Below are positions 7,515 through 18,600 of a DNA stretch of 33,764 nt, in pieces. Numbering within the stretch: the stretch's first letter is position 1; the number at the start of each line of letters is the position of its first letter. The translations under genes were made by a program, and so were the position numbers. Source of the stretch: Planctomycetota bacterium (lineage in GTDB: Bacteria > Planctomycetota > UBA11346); assembly GCA_031382605.1 (NCBI GenBank), contig JANMYZ010000162.1:1-33764 (forward strand), in the 5' to 3' direction. The notes under the pieces are model-generated. The model searched no databases. It worked only from the letters and a program-made list of their open reading frames with translations, and was not told where the DNA came from.

Positions 7515-7587
7515 GCTCCCATCGTCTAGAGGCCTAGGACACCAGATTTTCATTCTGGCGACACGAGTTCGAATCTCGTTGGGAGTA
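7515..7587 (+). tRNA. tRNA-Glu: tRNA-Glu (anticodon UUC), CCA not encoded
   Basis: The sequence is GCTCCCATCGTCTAGAGGCCTAGGACACCAGATTTTCATTCTGGCGACACGAGTTCGAATCTCGTTGGGAGTA. It has the Glu-type D-arm GTCTAGAGGCCTAGGAC, anticodon stem CCAGA/TCTGG, loop TTTTCAT and T-loop GTTCGAATC. The discriminator A is followed by ctt. Confidence 0.9.
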
Positions 7588-7651
7588 CTTTTTGTAAGCG
7601 GCGAAAAATTGGCGCCAGTCGCAAATCAGCAGCTAAGTAGCACCTTATGAA

Positions 7652-10600
7652 TCACTGATGCGCCTGGATGTCAGCGGCATCCATACGCGCAGCGAGCTGT
7701 TGTCCAAGTGCGCCGACGAGTGGTTCACGGCAAAAGGTAATATGGTCGCCGGGTGATTCGATGAGCTTGATGCCATCTTTAGCCCATGACCTCCATTCCA
7801 TACGTGGGTCATCTTCAGGACGTTCTGAAAGGAAGGTGTCCTTGGCTAACACCAACGTCACGCGGCCGGGGAAAACTTTCGGCGCGAAGTCACGGTAGAT
7901 TTCAGGGCCGCCTTCACCGCGGAAAGTATCCAGTGTTCGTCGTCTCACATTGGTGATTCTCTGCCTCAGGTACGTCATTGCGGAGAGCGGTGAAGATTGA
8001 TTCCACATTTTCCCAAAATGGTACCGTACGCGGTCACTGAAGCGATTTTTATCACTGCGAAATGTTGGGTCTGGTGGATCGAGGAGCGCGAGAAAAGAAG
8101 TTCGCTCGCCTTGGCTTTCGAGAAGATTCGCGATGGCGAAGGCGACGGTAGCGCCGAAGCAATGGCCTCCGAGCTGGTATGGTCCAGTTGGTTGTACGCG
8201 CCGCATGGAAGCGACGCATTGAACGGCAATGTTGGCAAAAGTAATTTCTGTCGTTTTGCGCTCTGCAGGCCAATCCAATGCATAGACTGGACGGTCATCA
8301 CCCAGATGGCGTGCGACATCGAGAAAACCACCGATGAAAAAGAATGGCCGGCGTTTGCCCTTGGCCTGCACAGTGACCAATAGTGGATCAGCGATTGGGG
8401 TCGCGAATACGCCTCGTTGGTTGAGCCGTTGGGCAAGGCTTCGGAGTGTCCGAGCCTCAAATACATCGCGCAATTCCAAAGAGATTGGCGAAACGTGACT
8501 CCATTGCGCCATCAGCCGGCCAGCCAGCAGCGAGTGCCCACCGAGTGCAAAGAAATCATCGTTGGCGCTGACTTTTTCCACGCTCAGAAGTTTGGCCCAT
8601 AATTCGACGAGACGTTGTTCGGTATCGCCCATCGGTGGAGTATAGGTATTTTGATTCGCGATGAGCGCGGGCGCAGGCAAACGGTTGCGATCGACTTTGC
8701 CATTCGGTGAGAGCGGCAAGGCATCAATGGTAACTAAAGCTTCAGGCACCATGTAAGGAGCGAGTATTTTTCCGGTATGTGCGACGATCGCATCAAGATC
8801 GATCGTCATGGTTGGTTTGAGTACGACGTAAGCGACCAAACGCATGGCGACTTTGCGATCACCGCAGGCAGCAACGACGCAGGATTTTACTGCGGGATGC
8901 GTAGCGAGAGCGGCTTCGACTTCGCCAAGTTCGACGCGATAGCCACGAATTTTGACCTGATGGTCAATGCGTCCAAGAAACTCGATGGTGCCATCAGCTA
9001 AATGTCGACCGAGATCGCCGGTTCGATAGAGCCGTTTTCCGCTGCGCGGATGGGTGATAAAACGTTCCGCGGTGCGCTGTGGATCTTTCCAATAGCCAAG
9101 TGCTACGCCCACGCCGCCGATGGCAATTTCTCCAGGGATGAGCGGCGGGCACGGTTCCAGCGCGTCATCAAGAACGTGCATGGTTTGATTACGCAGAGGT
9201 CCACCGTACGGGACGCTGGGTGCACGCAGATTCAGACGATCGGTGGGATGCAGAATCGACCAGATCGATCCTTCGGTGGCGCCGCCAAGGGAAAAGACTT
9301 GGCAATGCGGAGCTAGGGCGCGCAAGCGTCCTGGGAGAGTCACCGCGATCCAGTCGCCGCTGAACATAGCTAAGCGTAGCGTTGCCAGCGCAGATACGTT
9401 ATCGACGAAAGGCAGCAGCATTTCCATTAATGCCGGCACAGTATCCCACATGGTTACTCGTTCGCTGGCCATCAGTTCGAGCCACGCAGGCGGATGACGA
9501 AGCGCGGTCCCGACCGGAAATATTGCCGCGCCGCCAGCAGCCAAAACGCCAAAGGCGTCGTACACCGACAGATCAAAGGTTGCCGAGGACAGTGCGAGTA
9601 CGCGATCCGTTACGGTCACAACAAAGCGATCATTGAGATCAATAATCGTGTTGACCACCGCACGATGTGAAATAACCACGCCTTTGGGTTTTCCAGTCGA
9701 TCCCGAGGTGTAAATAATGTACGCGGGATCATCAAGCGTTGCGGGACACGGCGGCAGAGTTGACTCACCATGTTTCAAATCAATTTTATCAAGGTCGATC
9801 AATTCGGCTGGAGTAGCACCGAGAACCGACGATTGCCCACGGTGTGTAATCAATATTTGACATCCAGCACTGGCAAGAATCCAGGCCAAGCGATCGGGCG
9901 GATGCGTAGGATCAAGCGGAACATAAGTGCCACCTGCCATCATTATGGCGAGAGCGCAAACCACACCGACGGGTCCGTGCTCAGCGAAAATGGCCACCGG
10001 AGTCGAGCGACTGACGCCACGTTCTTGGAGTATCCGTGCTAAGCGTGCCGCTTGTTGGCAAAGATCCTGATGTGTCAGGCGTGCGTCGCCACCAACCAGG
10101 GCCAAGGCATTGGGCGTGCGAAGGCTTTGCGCCCATAAGAGATCGTGCAGTCGCTCACCCAGGTTTGGATGAGTCCATTGCGTGGCGTTATAAGTGGTTT
10201 CTAAAAAGCTCTGCCATGCGGGCTCGGCCAATGTGATCTCTGCGAGACGTGCCTGAGGTTGTGCGATGAAGCGAGCAAGCGTGGTGGTCAATACGGCGAG
10301 TACTTGTTCTGCGAAAGCTGCGTCCCAGCGCGTCGCATCATAAATGAAATTGAGATTGAGTTCGTCGCCGCCATTGGCTTCTAGCGTCAGTGGCGTGTTG
10401 GGGCGCGAAATCACGCGTACCTGTCGGCGATTCCACTCGGCATTTCGGCTACGTAGCGAGGAAATGAAATCGGCTGATTCGAACATCAAGATGACATGAA
10501 AGAGCGGTGTGCCGAGCGGTACTTGGCTGTTGGACTGTACGGCGATTAAATTGTCTAACTCATGGTGAGCATGATCACGTTGTTCGGCTCGCAGTTTGGT

Positions 10601-11503
10601 AAGAAGTTCTCCAACGGTTTGCTGTGCGCTCAAACCAACGCAGAAAGGCAGGGTGTTCATGAGCAATCCGACCTGAGTCTCAGCCCCAGGTACGGGCGCA
10701 TGTCGGCAGGCGCGGACGTTGCCGAATGCGATGTGGTCTTCTCGCGCATAACGTCCGAGCGTCATCGCTAAGGCGGCTTGTACGCAATTGTTCAGCGTCG
10801 CGCCGTGTGCGGCTGCGACCGCGCGAAGAGCTGCCGTTTGTGTACGATCGAGTCGTTTCTGTACCTGGCCAAAAGCACCAGGAGTCACGTCTATTGGTGA
10901 GACGAATGGGGCCGGCAGCGGCGTTGGTGCGCGCAACGAATCGAGGCGTTGTCGCCAGAATGCGTGATCAATCTGAGATTCGTGTGCGCGAACATAGTGA
11001 GCAAAGGTTGAAAATTCGCATGGTGGTGGGCCAAGCGTCTGACCGTTGGCGAGTGCGAACCAATCATCCAAAACGATGAGGATGGAGCGACCATCAAGTA
11101 ATGCGTGAGGAAAGCTCCACACCATCGTCCAGGTTTCAGGATCGGTGCGTGCCACGATCAGACGATGTAATGGCGGAGTATTGGTATCGATTCCGGCGTG
11201 GCGATCGTTGGCTAAATAACGGTTGAGCTCGACCTCAGGATTGGCGCTCCAATCCACAATTGATGATGTAATAATCAGGCGCTCATCAATGACTTGGACC
11301 GGGCCCGCATCATCCCATCTGAAGTGACTTCGGAGCACGGGGTGACGATCAGCGACGGCACGAAATCCCTGAACAAGCTGATCGGGGTGGAGGTCGGTTG
11401 GGAAATTAACCACCACTTGCTCCAGATCAAAACCATGACCTGGGTTGAGCTGCTGATTGATAAGCATGCCCTCTTGGAGAGGGGTTGTTTGAAAATGACT
11501 CAT
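7652..11503 (-). CDS. non-ribosomal peptide synthetase, C-A-T-TE
   Basis: I trimmed the start to the ATG at 11501-11503 (MSHFQTTPLQEGML).
- C domain, ~10214-11491: motif PHALLDGRS.
- A domain, ~8669-10156: AYIIYTSGSTGKPKGV, FDLSVYD, SGDWI, SLGGATE, YRTGDLGR, KIRGYRVELGEVE, PNGKVDR.
- T domain, ~8420-8626: FFALGGHSLL.
- TE domain, ~7694-8371: elbow GGHCFG with the Cys codon at 8159-8161, plus LLDPPDP and SPGDHITF. Confidence 0.93.
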   Translation of the reverse strand: MSHFQTTPLQEGMLINQQLNPGHGFDLEQVVVNFPTDLHPDQLVQGFRAVADRHPVLRSHFRWDDAGPVQVIDERLIITSSIVDWSANPEVELNRYLANDRHAGIDTNTPPLHRLIVARTDPETWTMVWSFPHALLDGRSILIVLDDWFALANGQTLGPPPCEFSTFAHYVRAHESQIDHAFWRQRLDSLRAPTPLPAPFVSPIDVTPGAFGQVQKRLDRTQTAALRAVAAAHGATLNNCVQAALAMTLGRYAREDHIAFGNVRACRHAPVPGAETQVGLLMNTLPFCVGLSAQQTVGELLTKLRAEQRDHAHHELDNLIAVQSNSQVPLGTPLFHVILMFESADFISSLRSRNAEWNRRQVRVISRPNTPLTLEANGGDELNLNFIYDATRWDAAFAEQVLAVLTTTLARFIAQPQARLAEITLAEPAWQSFLETTYNATQWTHPNLGERLHDLLWAQSLRTPNALALVGGDARLTHQDLCQQAARLARILQERGVSRSTPVAIFAEHGPVGVVCALAIMMAGGTYVPLDPTHPPDRLAWILASAGCQILITHRGQSSVLGATPAELIDLDKIDLKHGESTLPPCPATLDDPAYIIYTSGSTGKPKGVVISHRAVVNTIIDLNDRFVVTVTDRVLALSSATFDLSVYDAFGVLAAGGAAIFPVGTALRHPPAWLELMASERVTMWDTVPALMEMLLPFVDNVSALATLRLAMFSGDWIAVTLPGRLRALAPHCQVFSLGGATEGSIWSILHPTDRLNLRAPSVPYGGPLRNQTMHVLDDALEPCPPLIPGEIAIGGVGVALGYWKDPQRTAERFITHPRSGKRLYRTGDLGRHLADGTIEFLGRIDHQVKIRGYRVELGEVEAALATHPAVKSCVVAACGDRKVAMRLVAYVVLKPTMTIDLDAIVAHTGKILAPYMVPEALVTIDALPLSPNGKVDRNRLPAPALIANQNTYTPPMGDTEQRLVELWAKLLSVEKVSANDDFFALGGHSLLAGRLMAQWSHVSPISLELRDVFEARTLRSLAQRLNQRGVFATPIADPLLVTVQAKGKRRPFFFIGGFLDVARHLGDDRPVYALDWPAERKTTEITFANIAVQCVASMRRVQPTGPYQLGGHCFGATVAFAIANLLESQGERTSFLALLDPPDPTFRSDKNRFSDRVRYHFGKMWNQSSPLSAMTYLRQRITNVRRRTLDTFRGEGGPEIYRDFAPKVFPGRVTLVLAKDTFLSERPEDDPRMEWRSWAKDGIKLIESPGDHITFCREPLVGALGQQLAARMDAADIQAHQ

Positions 11504-11767
11504 TGGGTGAGCATACCTTGTTTTGAGGCATTCACATATACGTGGTTGATGGCAGCGTTGGATAACATGGAAGTTTTTTAGCCGAAAGGGGACAAGTGTG
11601 CGATGTAACGATGTTTTGACCACTACATCAAGAGTGGCGAGAGGATGAGCCCTTGGATCCGTTTATGATCGTTTGCAAGTGAAGGCGCGCAGAGTGCGGC
11701 GAATCGCGAATTTTCCTGCCTCGATAATCGGTCATCAAACGTCAGTCGATGAATCACGGCAAGCAAA

Positions 11768-12667
11768 TCACGCATCGTAGAGCGAAGCGCGGCCCCGGTT
11801 GCGGCCACCAAGTATCTTCAAGAGCCTCTGGCTTCGCAGGAACGAACGATAACCCCAGACGAAAAATGGGTTGTATTTGTTCATGCCCATAGTGATTTCT
11901 TTGATCACCTCGTTCCAATTGGTGTGGTTGGCGAAATTCAGCGCGACCGAGATGCTCGGCCCCAATAATCGCGTCGTATGCCACCAACCGGTGGGCAGGA
12001 TGACAATCTCTCCGGGTTCCTGCACGAAACGCACGAATTTTGCCTGTGCCAGCAAGGGAAAGCGCGTCAGGTCGGGTTCGTAAATGTTGGTGATGCGTGA
12101 TATCCGGCCATCGGCGTAGAGGAATGGCGTCTGGTCCGGAGCGTAGATGGTGAATTCTTTTCGACCGTACAATTGACAGAGGGCGACGTGGCATCCGCCC
12201 CAATCGTAATGCAGCTCGTTCAAACGCGTACCAAACCCACCGATGAAGAGCTCGGGATTGGCAGGGCCGTTCAGCCCATAGTTCACTGAACGCAGGAGGT
12301 ATTTTCCACGCAGCCAATTGGGGAAGACATACGGGATGAACGGATCGATATCGGTTCGCACCGCCGATGGCATGTTCCGAATAAAATGATCTTTCAGGTA
12401 CAGGCACGGATTGGTTGGCGTTGAAGCTATCACCTTGGGCAGGAATTCCCCCAGGGTCGTCTCTTCACCACCGACCACGATTTTTTCCGTGGGATAATGT
12501 GCGAGGAAAAATTCCGGAGTCCATTTTCCGAGCGCGGCCCAGGAATCGAGTGCTCCCGTGATTACTACGGGCACGTGTGGAGCCAGATAATCGCGGAGGT
12601 ATTCGTCGTAGGGAAGACGGTCACGGCGTACGACCGTTGCGGTTGCGCTGATATCCATGGTGGTCAT
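11768..12667 (-). CDS. JmjC / cupin-8 family Fe(II)/2-oxoglutarate-dependent oxygenase (putative tailoring hydroxylase)
   Basis: The 299-aa protein has the facial-triad layout LHYD (H-x-D) ... PTGWWHTT, followed by ISVALNF, which is typical of JmjC/FIH-like cupins. Its ATG (12665-12667) shares one base with the TAA stop of the megasynthase (TAATG). Confidence 0.8.
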   Translation of the reverse strand: MTTMDISATATVVRRDRLPYDEYLRDYLAPHVPVVITGALDSWAALGKWTPEFFLAHYPTEKIVVGGEETTLGEFLPKVIASTPTNPCLYLKDHFIRNMPSAVRTDIDPFIPYVFPNWLRGKYLLRSVNYGLNGPANPELFIGGFGTRLNELHYDWGGCHVALCQLYGRKEFTIYAPDQTPFLYADGRISRITNIYEPDLTRFPLLAQAKFVRFVQEPGEIVILPTGWWHTTRLLGPSISVALNFANHTNWNEVIKEITMGMNKYNPFFVWGYRSFLRSQRLLKILGGRNRGRASLYDA

Positions 12668-15600
12668 TACGGCGTCGCCTTTGCCAGGGTGAGACTTGGG
12701 TCCTGGCTGGGTTTTGTCGTGCCCTGATCAAGACAGCGCCGCAAGAGACCGCCAAGAATACGGACTCCAGGCTCACGGCAGAAAGTCACGTGATCACCGG
12801 GCGATTCATGAATGACCACGCCGTCCGTGCTCCATTGGCGCCACATCAGGCGGGGATCGCGTTCAGGGGTCACGGCCAGGTAGGAGTCCTTGGCCAGCAG
12901 CAGCGTCACTTGCCCCTGGAAGTGCGATGGCTCGAAATCGCGGTAAAGATCATCATCCCCACCATTGAGCAGGCTGCCCGCCATGTGGTTGCTCATATTG
13001 CGCAAACGTGCCCAGCTATAGCTCACCAGACCAAGAGGCCCCTGTTTGGTCAGTTGACGGAGATGGAACCAGACACGATCACGCCAGCGCGGTTTGATTG
13101 CGCACTGGGGCGGATCCGGTGGTTCCATCAGTGCCAGCAGAGCAACCTCTTCGCCAGCCTGCTGGAGTCGAACGGCGATGGAGAAGGCGACGACTGCGCC
13201 GTAACAGTGACCACCGAGCAGATAGGGGCCTCGCGGTTGGATCCGCTTCATGGCGGTGATGCAGCGTTTGGCGATGCTCGCGAAAGTCTCATCGCCTTTC
13301 GTATGTTCCGGACAATCAAGCCCGTAAAAAGGTTGGTCGGGGCCCACATGGCGGGCGATGTCGAGGAAACCGCCGATAAAGAAAAAAGGCGTGCGAGTCC
13401 CCACGGTCTGCAATGGCTGTAGAAGCGTGTCCGAAGGCAGTTTCTCAGGGTTACCACCAGCCAATTCCTGGGCTAGTTCTGCGATGGTCGGATGCGCGAA
13501 AATAGTCGTGAGCGGGACCTTGCGACCAAAGCTCGCCTCTAAACGCAGCGCCAGTTTCATCGCCAGCAGGGAATGCCCGCCCAGGGCGAAGAAATCGTCC
13601 GTGGTGTTGATGGCGACACCGGGGAACAATGCGCGCCATTGCTCTGCGATCTGTTCTTCGGTACCTGCCCTGGGTGGAACGGTTGGCGTTGCCTGGGTCG
13701 TCTGTGCCGGAACTGGAGCAGGAAGTGCCTTGCGATCAATCTTGCCGTTCGGGGTGAGTGGGAGCTCACCGAGGATGATGATCGCGGAGGGCACCATGTA
13801 GATTGGCAACAAACCGCGCAGATGACGACGCAGGTCGGCGGCCGAGGCCTCCGTCCCGCGATGCAAGGCGACATAGGCGATGAGGTTGGCGTCCGCCTGC
13901 CCAGCCGTGCGCAGGGCTACGACCACCCGTTGAGATATCGCCGGATGGCTGGCGAGTGCGACTTCGATGTCTCCCAGTTCGATGCGGAATCCTCGGATCT
14001 TGACCTGGTGATCGCTGCGTCCGAGGTATTCGATGCGTCCATCCGTGTGGTAGCGACCGATGTCGCCCGTGCGGTAGAGTTGGCGTGATCCTCCCTGGGC
14101 GAACGGGTCGGGAATGAAACGGGCCGTGGTCTGCTCTGGAAGACCCACATAGCCATGGGCCAGGCCATCGCCGCCGATGTAGAGCTCGCCGGGCACGCCG
14201 ATCGGTACGGGACGCAGGCGTTGGTCCAGTAGGTGCAAGCGGGTGTTCGCTACCGGGGTGCCCATCAAGACTGCGCTGGTTCCGCGCTCCACGCGATCGA
14301 GCGACGAATAGACCGTGGTTTCGGTGGGGCCGTAGCCGTTCCACAGTTCGCCAGCACGTGCGAGCAACGCATCCGCCAGATCACGCGGGATGGCTTCACC
14401 GCCGCACCACAGGCGGATGCGGCCATCACCTTTCCAGCCGGCCTCCAACAACATGCGCATGGTCACGGGCGTGGCTTGGAAAATCGTCGCACGACTGCTG
14501 TCCAACAGTTCGATCAGTCGTCGTGGGTCAGCGGCGGCCTCGCGTTCTGCAAGGACGATGCGTGCACCCACCGACAACGGCAGCAGTAGTTCTGCCACAT
14601 GGATATCGAAGGACAGCGTGGTGATCGCCAGCAGGGTGTCGCGCGCCGTGATGCCCGGCCGTTCACGCATCGAGCTCAGCAGATTGACCACCGCACGGTG
14701 GGGCACCTGGACCCCTTTGGGGCGACCGGTGGAGCCGGAGGTAAACAGCAGGTAGGCGAGGTCCTCTGGTACGACAGTCACGCGCGGCGCTTCACCGTCC
14801 GGTAGGCGCTGCTCCCAACCCGAGTCCATCAGGACAGTGGTGGTCTCGTGCCGAGAGAACGGTGCCCACTCCGTGGTCTGGGTGATCACCAGCGCCGGAC
14901 GGGCGTCTTCGAGAATCTGGGTGATGCGATGGTCGGGATAACGGGAATCGAGCGGCACATAGCAGGCACCAGCCTTGAGCACTGCCAGCACAGCGATTGG
15001 GAGCGCCGTGGTGCGTGGTAGGCAGATTGCCACCGGTGCCGTCCGGCTGGCGCCACGGGCAACGAGCTGTGCCGCCAAGCGCGTCGAAAGTTGATCGAGC
15101 GCGCGGTAGGTAAGGCGCTCTTCGCCCGCCACCACCGCGATGGCCTCCGGGGTTGCCGCCGCCTGTTGGGCGATGAGGTCGTGAACCGCGCGGTCCTTGG
15201 GATATTCCCGCGCCGTCGCGTTCCAGGTTTCCAGAATCTGGGTGCGCTCTGGCGCAGACAGCAGTTCCAGATCGCCGATCATCCGCGTCGGATCACGGGC
15301 CGCGTCATCAGCTAACGTCAGAAAATGACCGAGCCATCGGCGGATGGTGCTCGGCTCGAACAAATCGCGATTGTAGTGACAACACAGAGTCAGGCCCTGA
15401 TCAGTTTCCATCAAATTGAAATCGATGTCGAAGACCACACCAGCCTTGGCGTTGAGCTCGACCGTGGAGCGCAATCCGGAAAGCCCAAGATCTTTGAAAC
15501 CCGCCCGGTCGAAGTTGAACAATGCGGAGAGCAGAGGTGGGCGTGCAGGATCACGCGGCAGGGTGAGCGATTCCAACAGGCGGCCGTAGGTGATGTCCGG

Positions 15601-18600
15601 ATGTTCCTGGGCATCGAGCACCGCATCACGGACCGAGCGCAGTGCCGTCGCGAAGGGCGTATTCGCCGTCATCGACAACCGCAGGGGCAGGAAGTGCACA
15701 CAGTGGCCCGCAAGGCGGTCGACGCCCATCAACAACTGGCCGGCGGAGGGGATACCGATCACCAGGTCATCCTGGTGGCTGAGGCGAGACATCAGCGCGG
15801 TGAATGCCGCAAGCATGCCGGCGAATACGGTTGCTCCGCTGCGGCCGCAGACCTGTTGCATGCGCCGGTAGGCCGTTGCGTCCACCAACAGGCGTTCGGT
15901 GGCACCAGCGAAGGTGCGCGACGGACGTCGCGGATGGTCGAGGGGCAGATCAAGGTCCGGTGGCGACTCTCTGAACAGCGACCGCCAATGATCAAGCGAC
16001 ACGCGCCCCTCGGGACCATCGCGGCGTGCACTCTGCCACGCGGCGTAGGCATGGTACGGCACCGCTGCCGGCAAGTTCAGCGGCAGTCCGGTGACCAGCG
16101 CGCTGTAACACTGGCCGAGTTCATTGATCACCACGGCGAACGACCAGCCATCACACACCAAGTGATGAGTGATCAGTATGAGCACGTGGCGTTCTGATCC
16201 CAGGCGCACGAGCGAAGCACGCAGAAGTGGTGCGCAGGTCAGATCGAAGGGCGTAGCGGTGAGGGCGGCCCGGTGTTGCTCCAAACGTTGTTGGTTGTCG
16301 CCACTGGCGAGATCCACCAGCGGCAGATCCACCGCTACCTGGGCGACGAAGCGCTGGCATTCCCCGTCGGCATCGAAGCGCGACCGCAGGGCTGGATGCC
16401 GGTCGACCACCTGCTGCAAAGCCAGACGCAAGCGCGCGTGATCGAGCGGTCCATCGAGATGGAGCAGCACACCATCGTTGAAGGCGACACTCGCTTCCGG
16501 CGACAACTGCGAGGCGACCCACAACTCGCGTTGCACCTCGGTGAGTGGCAGCTGCTCCGCTAACGGCATGACGATGCTGGAGGTGTCGTCGCTCGGGCTT
16601 GGCTGCGCTGCGACGATGGCCACGACGGCGGGAACGGATTCCGGTGAAGTCTTTTCCTGAGCGGGATCTGGTGTTGTGCCACTCGCGGGGAGGAAGCCGC
16701 CGTCCGTCAGTTCCTGCAGACTGCCTTCCACCGCACGGATGAAGAGGTCGATTTCAGCATCGCCATGAGCGGTGGTCAGGAAGCAGGGGAAACCTTCCCA
16801 GATATGGATGCCACGCAGGCGCAGCAAATAATGCAGCAGACTGAGCATGCGATGTTTTGGTGCGAAGGCGAAGTAGAAGACCGAACCGAAGCGCTGCACG
16901 AATGATGGAACGCCATACTTTTTGAACAGTCCGTTGAGCGCATCTACCAAGCGCGTCGTGCGGCGGTTGAGGGCTTCCTGCAATGCCGGGCCTTGTTCCT
17001 TGAGGTGCACCAAGCACGCCTTGGCCGCCGCCATCGCCAACGGATGACGTACGAAGGTGCCGGCAAAGAACGTGACACCGATCTCGGGGAAGGAGTCGTC
17101 ACCGAAGCGCCATTGGCCGCCGTCGAGGGCATCCATGAAGCGGTTGGTGCCGGCGAGTATGCCGATGGGATGACCACCGCCGATGACTTTACCGTAAGTT
17201 GCCAGATCGGCCTTTACGCCGAACACACCCTGCGCGCCACGTGGATGTACTCGGAAGCCGGTGATGACCTCGTCCATGATCATCGCCGTGCCGCTGGCGG
17301 CAGTTATGCGACGGACCTCGTGGAGGAATTCTTTCGGTTGGAGATCCGGATGGCGGCTCTGCACCGGCTCGATCAAGACAGCGGCGAGATCATCGGCGCG
17401 TGCGCGGATGATCTCCAACGCCTGCTGGCTGCCGTACTCCAGGATGATGATGTTGTCGACTTTGCCTTGCGGAATACCTGGGGCGATCGGTGCGGAACGT
17501 AGGTCGTTGCCACGGTGGTTAGGACGTACCAGTACTTCATCGAAGGTGCCGTGGTAGTCGCCCAAAAACGAGACGATCGTGCTGCGTCCGGTGACCGTGC
17601 GGGCCAAGCGCATGGCGGCCATCACCGCTTCCGAGCCGGTGTTGCAGAAAGTTGCGCGTTCCAGGCCGGTGAACTCACTGACAAGTTTGGCGACTTCGCC
17701 GGCGAGTGGGGTCTGTGGACCAACTTCGATTCCAGCACTGAGTTGTTTGGTCACCGCATCGTTGACGAAATCCGGGGAGTGACCGAACAGGCTCGAACCG
17801 AAACCGTTGAGGATGTCGATGTACTCGTTGCCGTCCACGTCCCACAGACGTGCGCCCTTCGAGCGCACCGCCACCAGTGGATACACCATCTCCTTCCACT
17901 GTTGACGGAATCCCGCAACCACGCGGGGATCTGCTAAATATTCACGATGATGTTGCGCTTGGCGTTTGGATTCCTTGGTCTTCGCGGTGTAACGCACGAT
18001 GAAAGCATCGAGCCAACGTTGTTGATGCTCGGTGAGTCCGCCCGTGGGCCCGCGGGTAATCGGCTTGTAGGGACCAAACGCTTTGAATTCACCGGGCGCG
18101 GCAGGTTGCGCGGCGGAGGCTTCCGCCGCGCTTGGCGCAGCTGCCATGCCAGCGGTGCCACCGCTGAGTTGAGCCATCTGTTTGGACAACTCAGCAAGCT
18201 GCCGCTGCATCTGGTCCAGCATCGGATTACCGGTCGTGGCAGCGGGAGCGTCAGCCGCGCTCACGCCAACAGTGGGCAGCAGCGCGGGAGCCGCATGGTG
18301 TTCCACATATTCAGCAAGGCGCGCAACCGTACCGAGCTCATCGAGCAAGTGACGGAAGCTGATCTTGATCTTGAAACGTTGCTGGAGTGCGAGCGCGAAT
18401 TGGGTGAGGAACAACGAATCAAAACCTAATTCGATAAAGCTGATAGCGGTATCGGTTGCGCGATGATCAGCGCCGGATTGTTCCGACACCAATTGGCGCA
18501 GCAGTTCGATCAGCGCCGTATGGCGATCGCCGCTGGTGGCAGGCGCTGCCGTCACGGTCGCTGCTGCGGTGGTGGCCTGGTTTGCTGTCAGATCGGCGGT

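Noticed and set aside
10214-11491. Heterocyclisation (Cy) domain and thiazoline formation, suggested by the Cys-type A domain.
   Set aside because: The condensation domain carries PHALLDG (the xHxxxDG C-type motif), not the DxxxxD Cy signature.
11504-11623. Upstream extension of the C-A-T-TE ORF (MVKTSLHRTL...).
   Set aside because: The C domain begins at MSHFQTTPLQEGML. The extension is Cys/His/Arg-rich, unlike NRPS N-termini.
11754-12407. 217-aa ORF in another frame of the JmjC gene.
   Set aside because: It lies wholly inside a gene with clear cupin motifs, and its product is Arg/Pro/His-rich.
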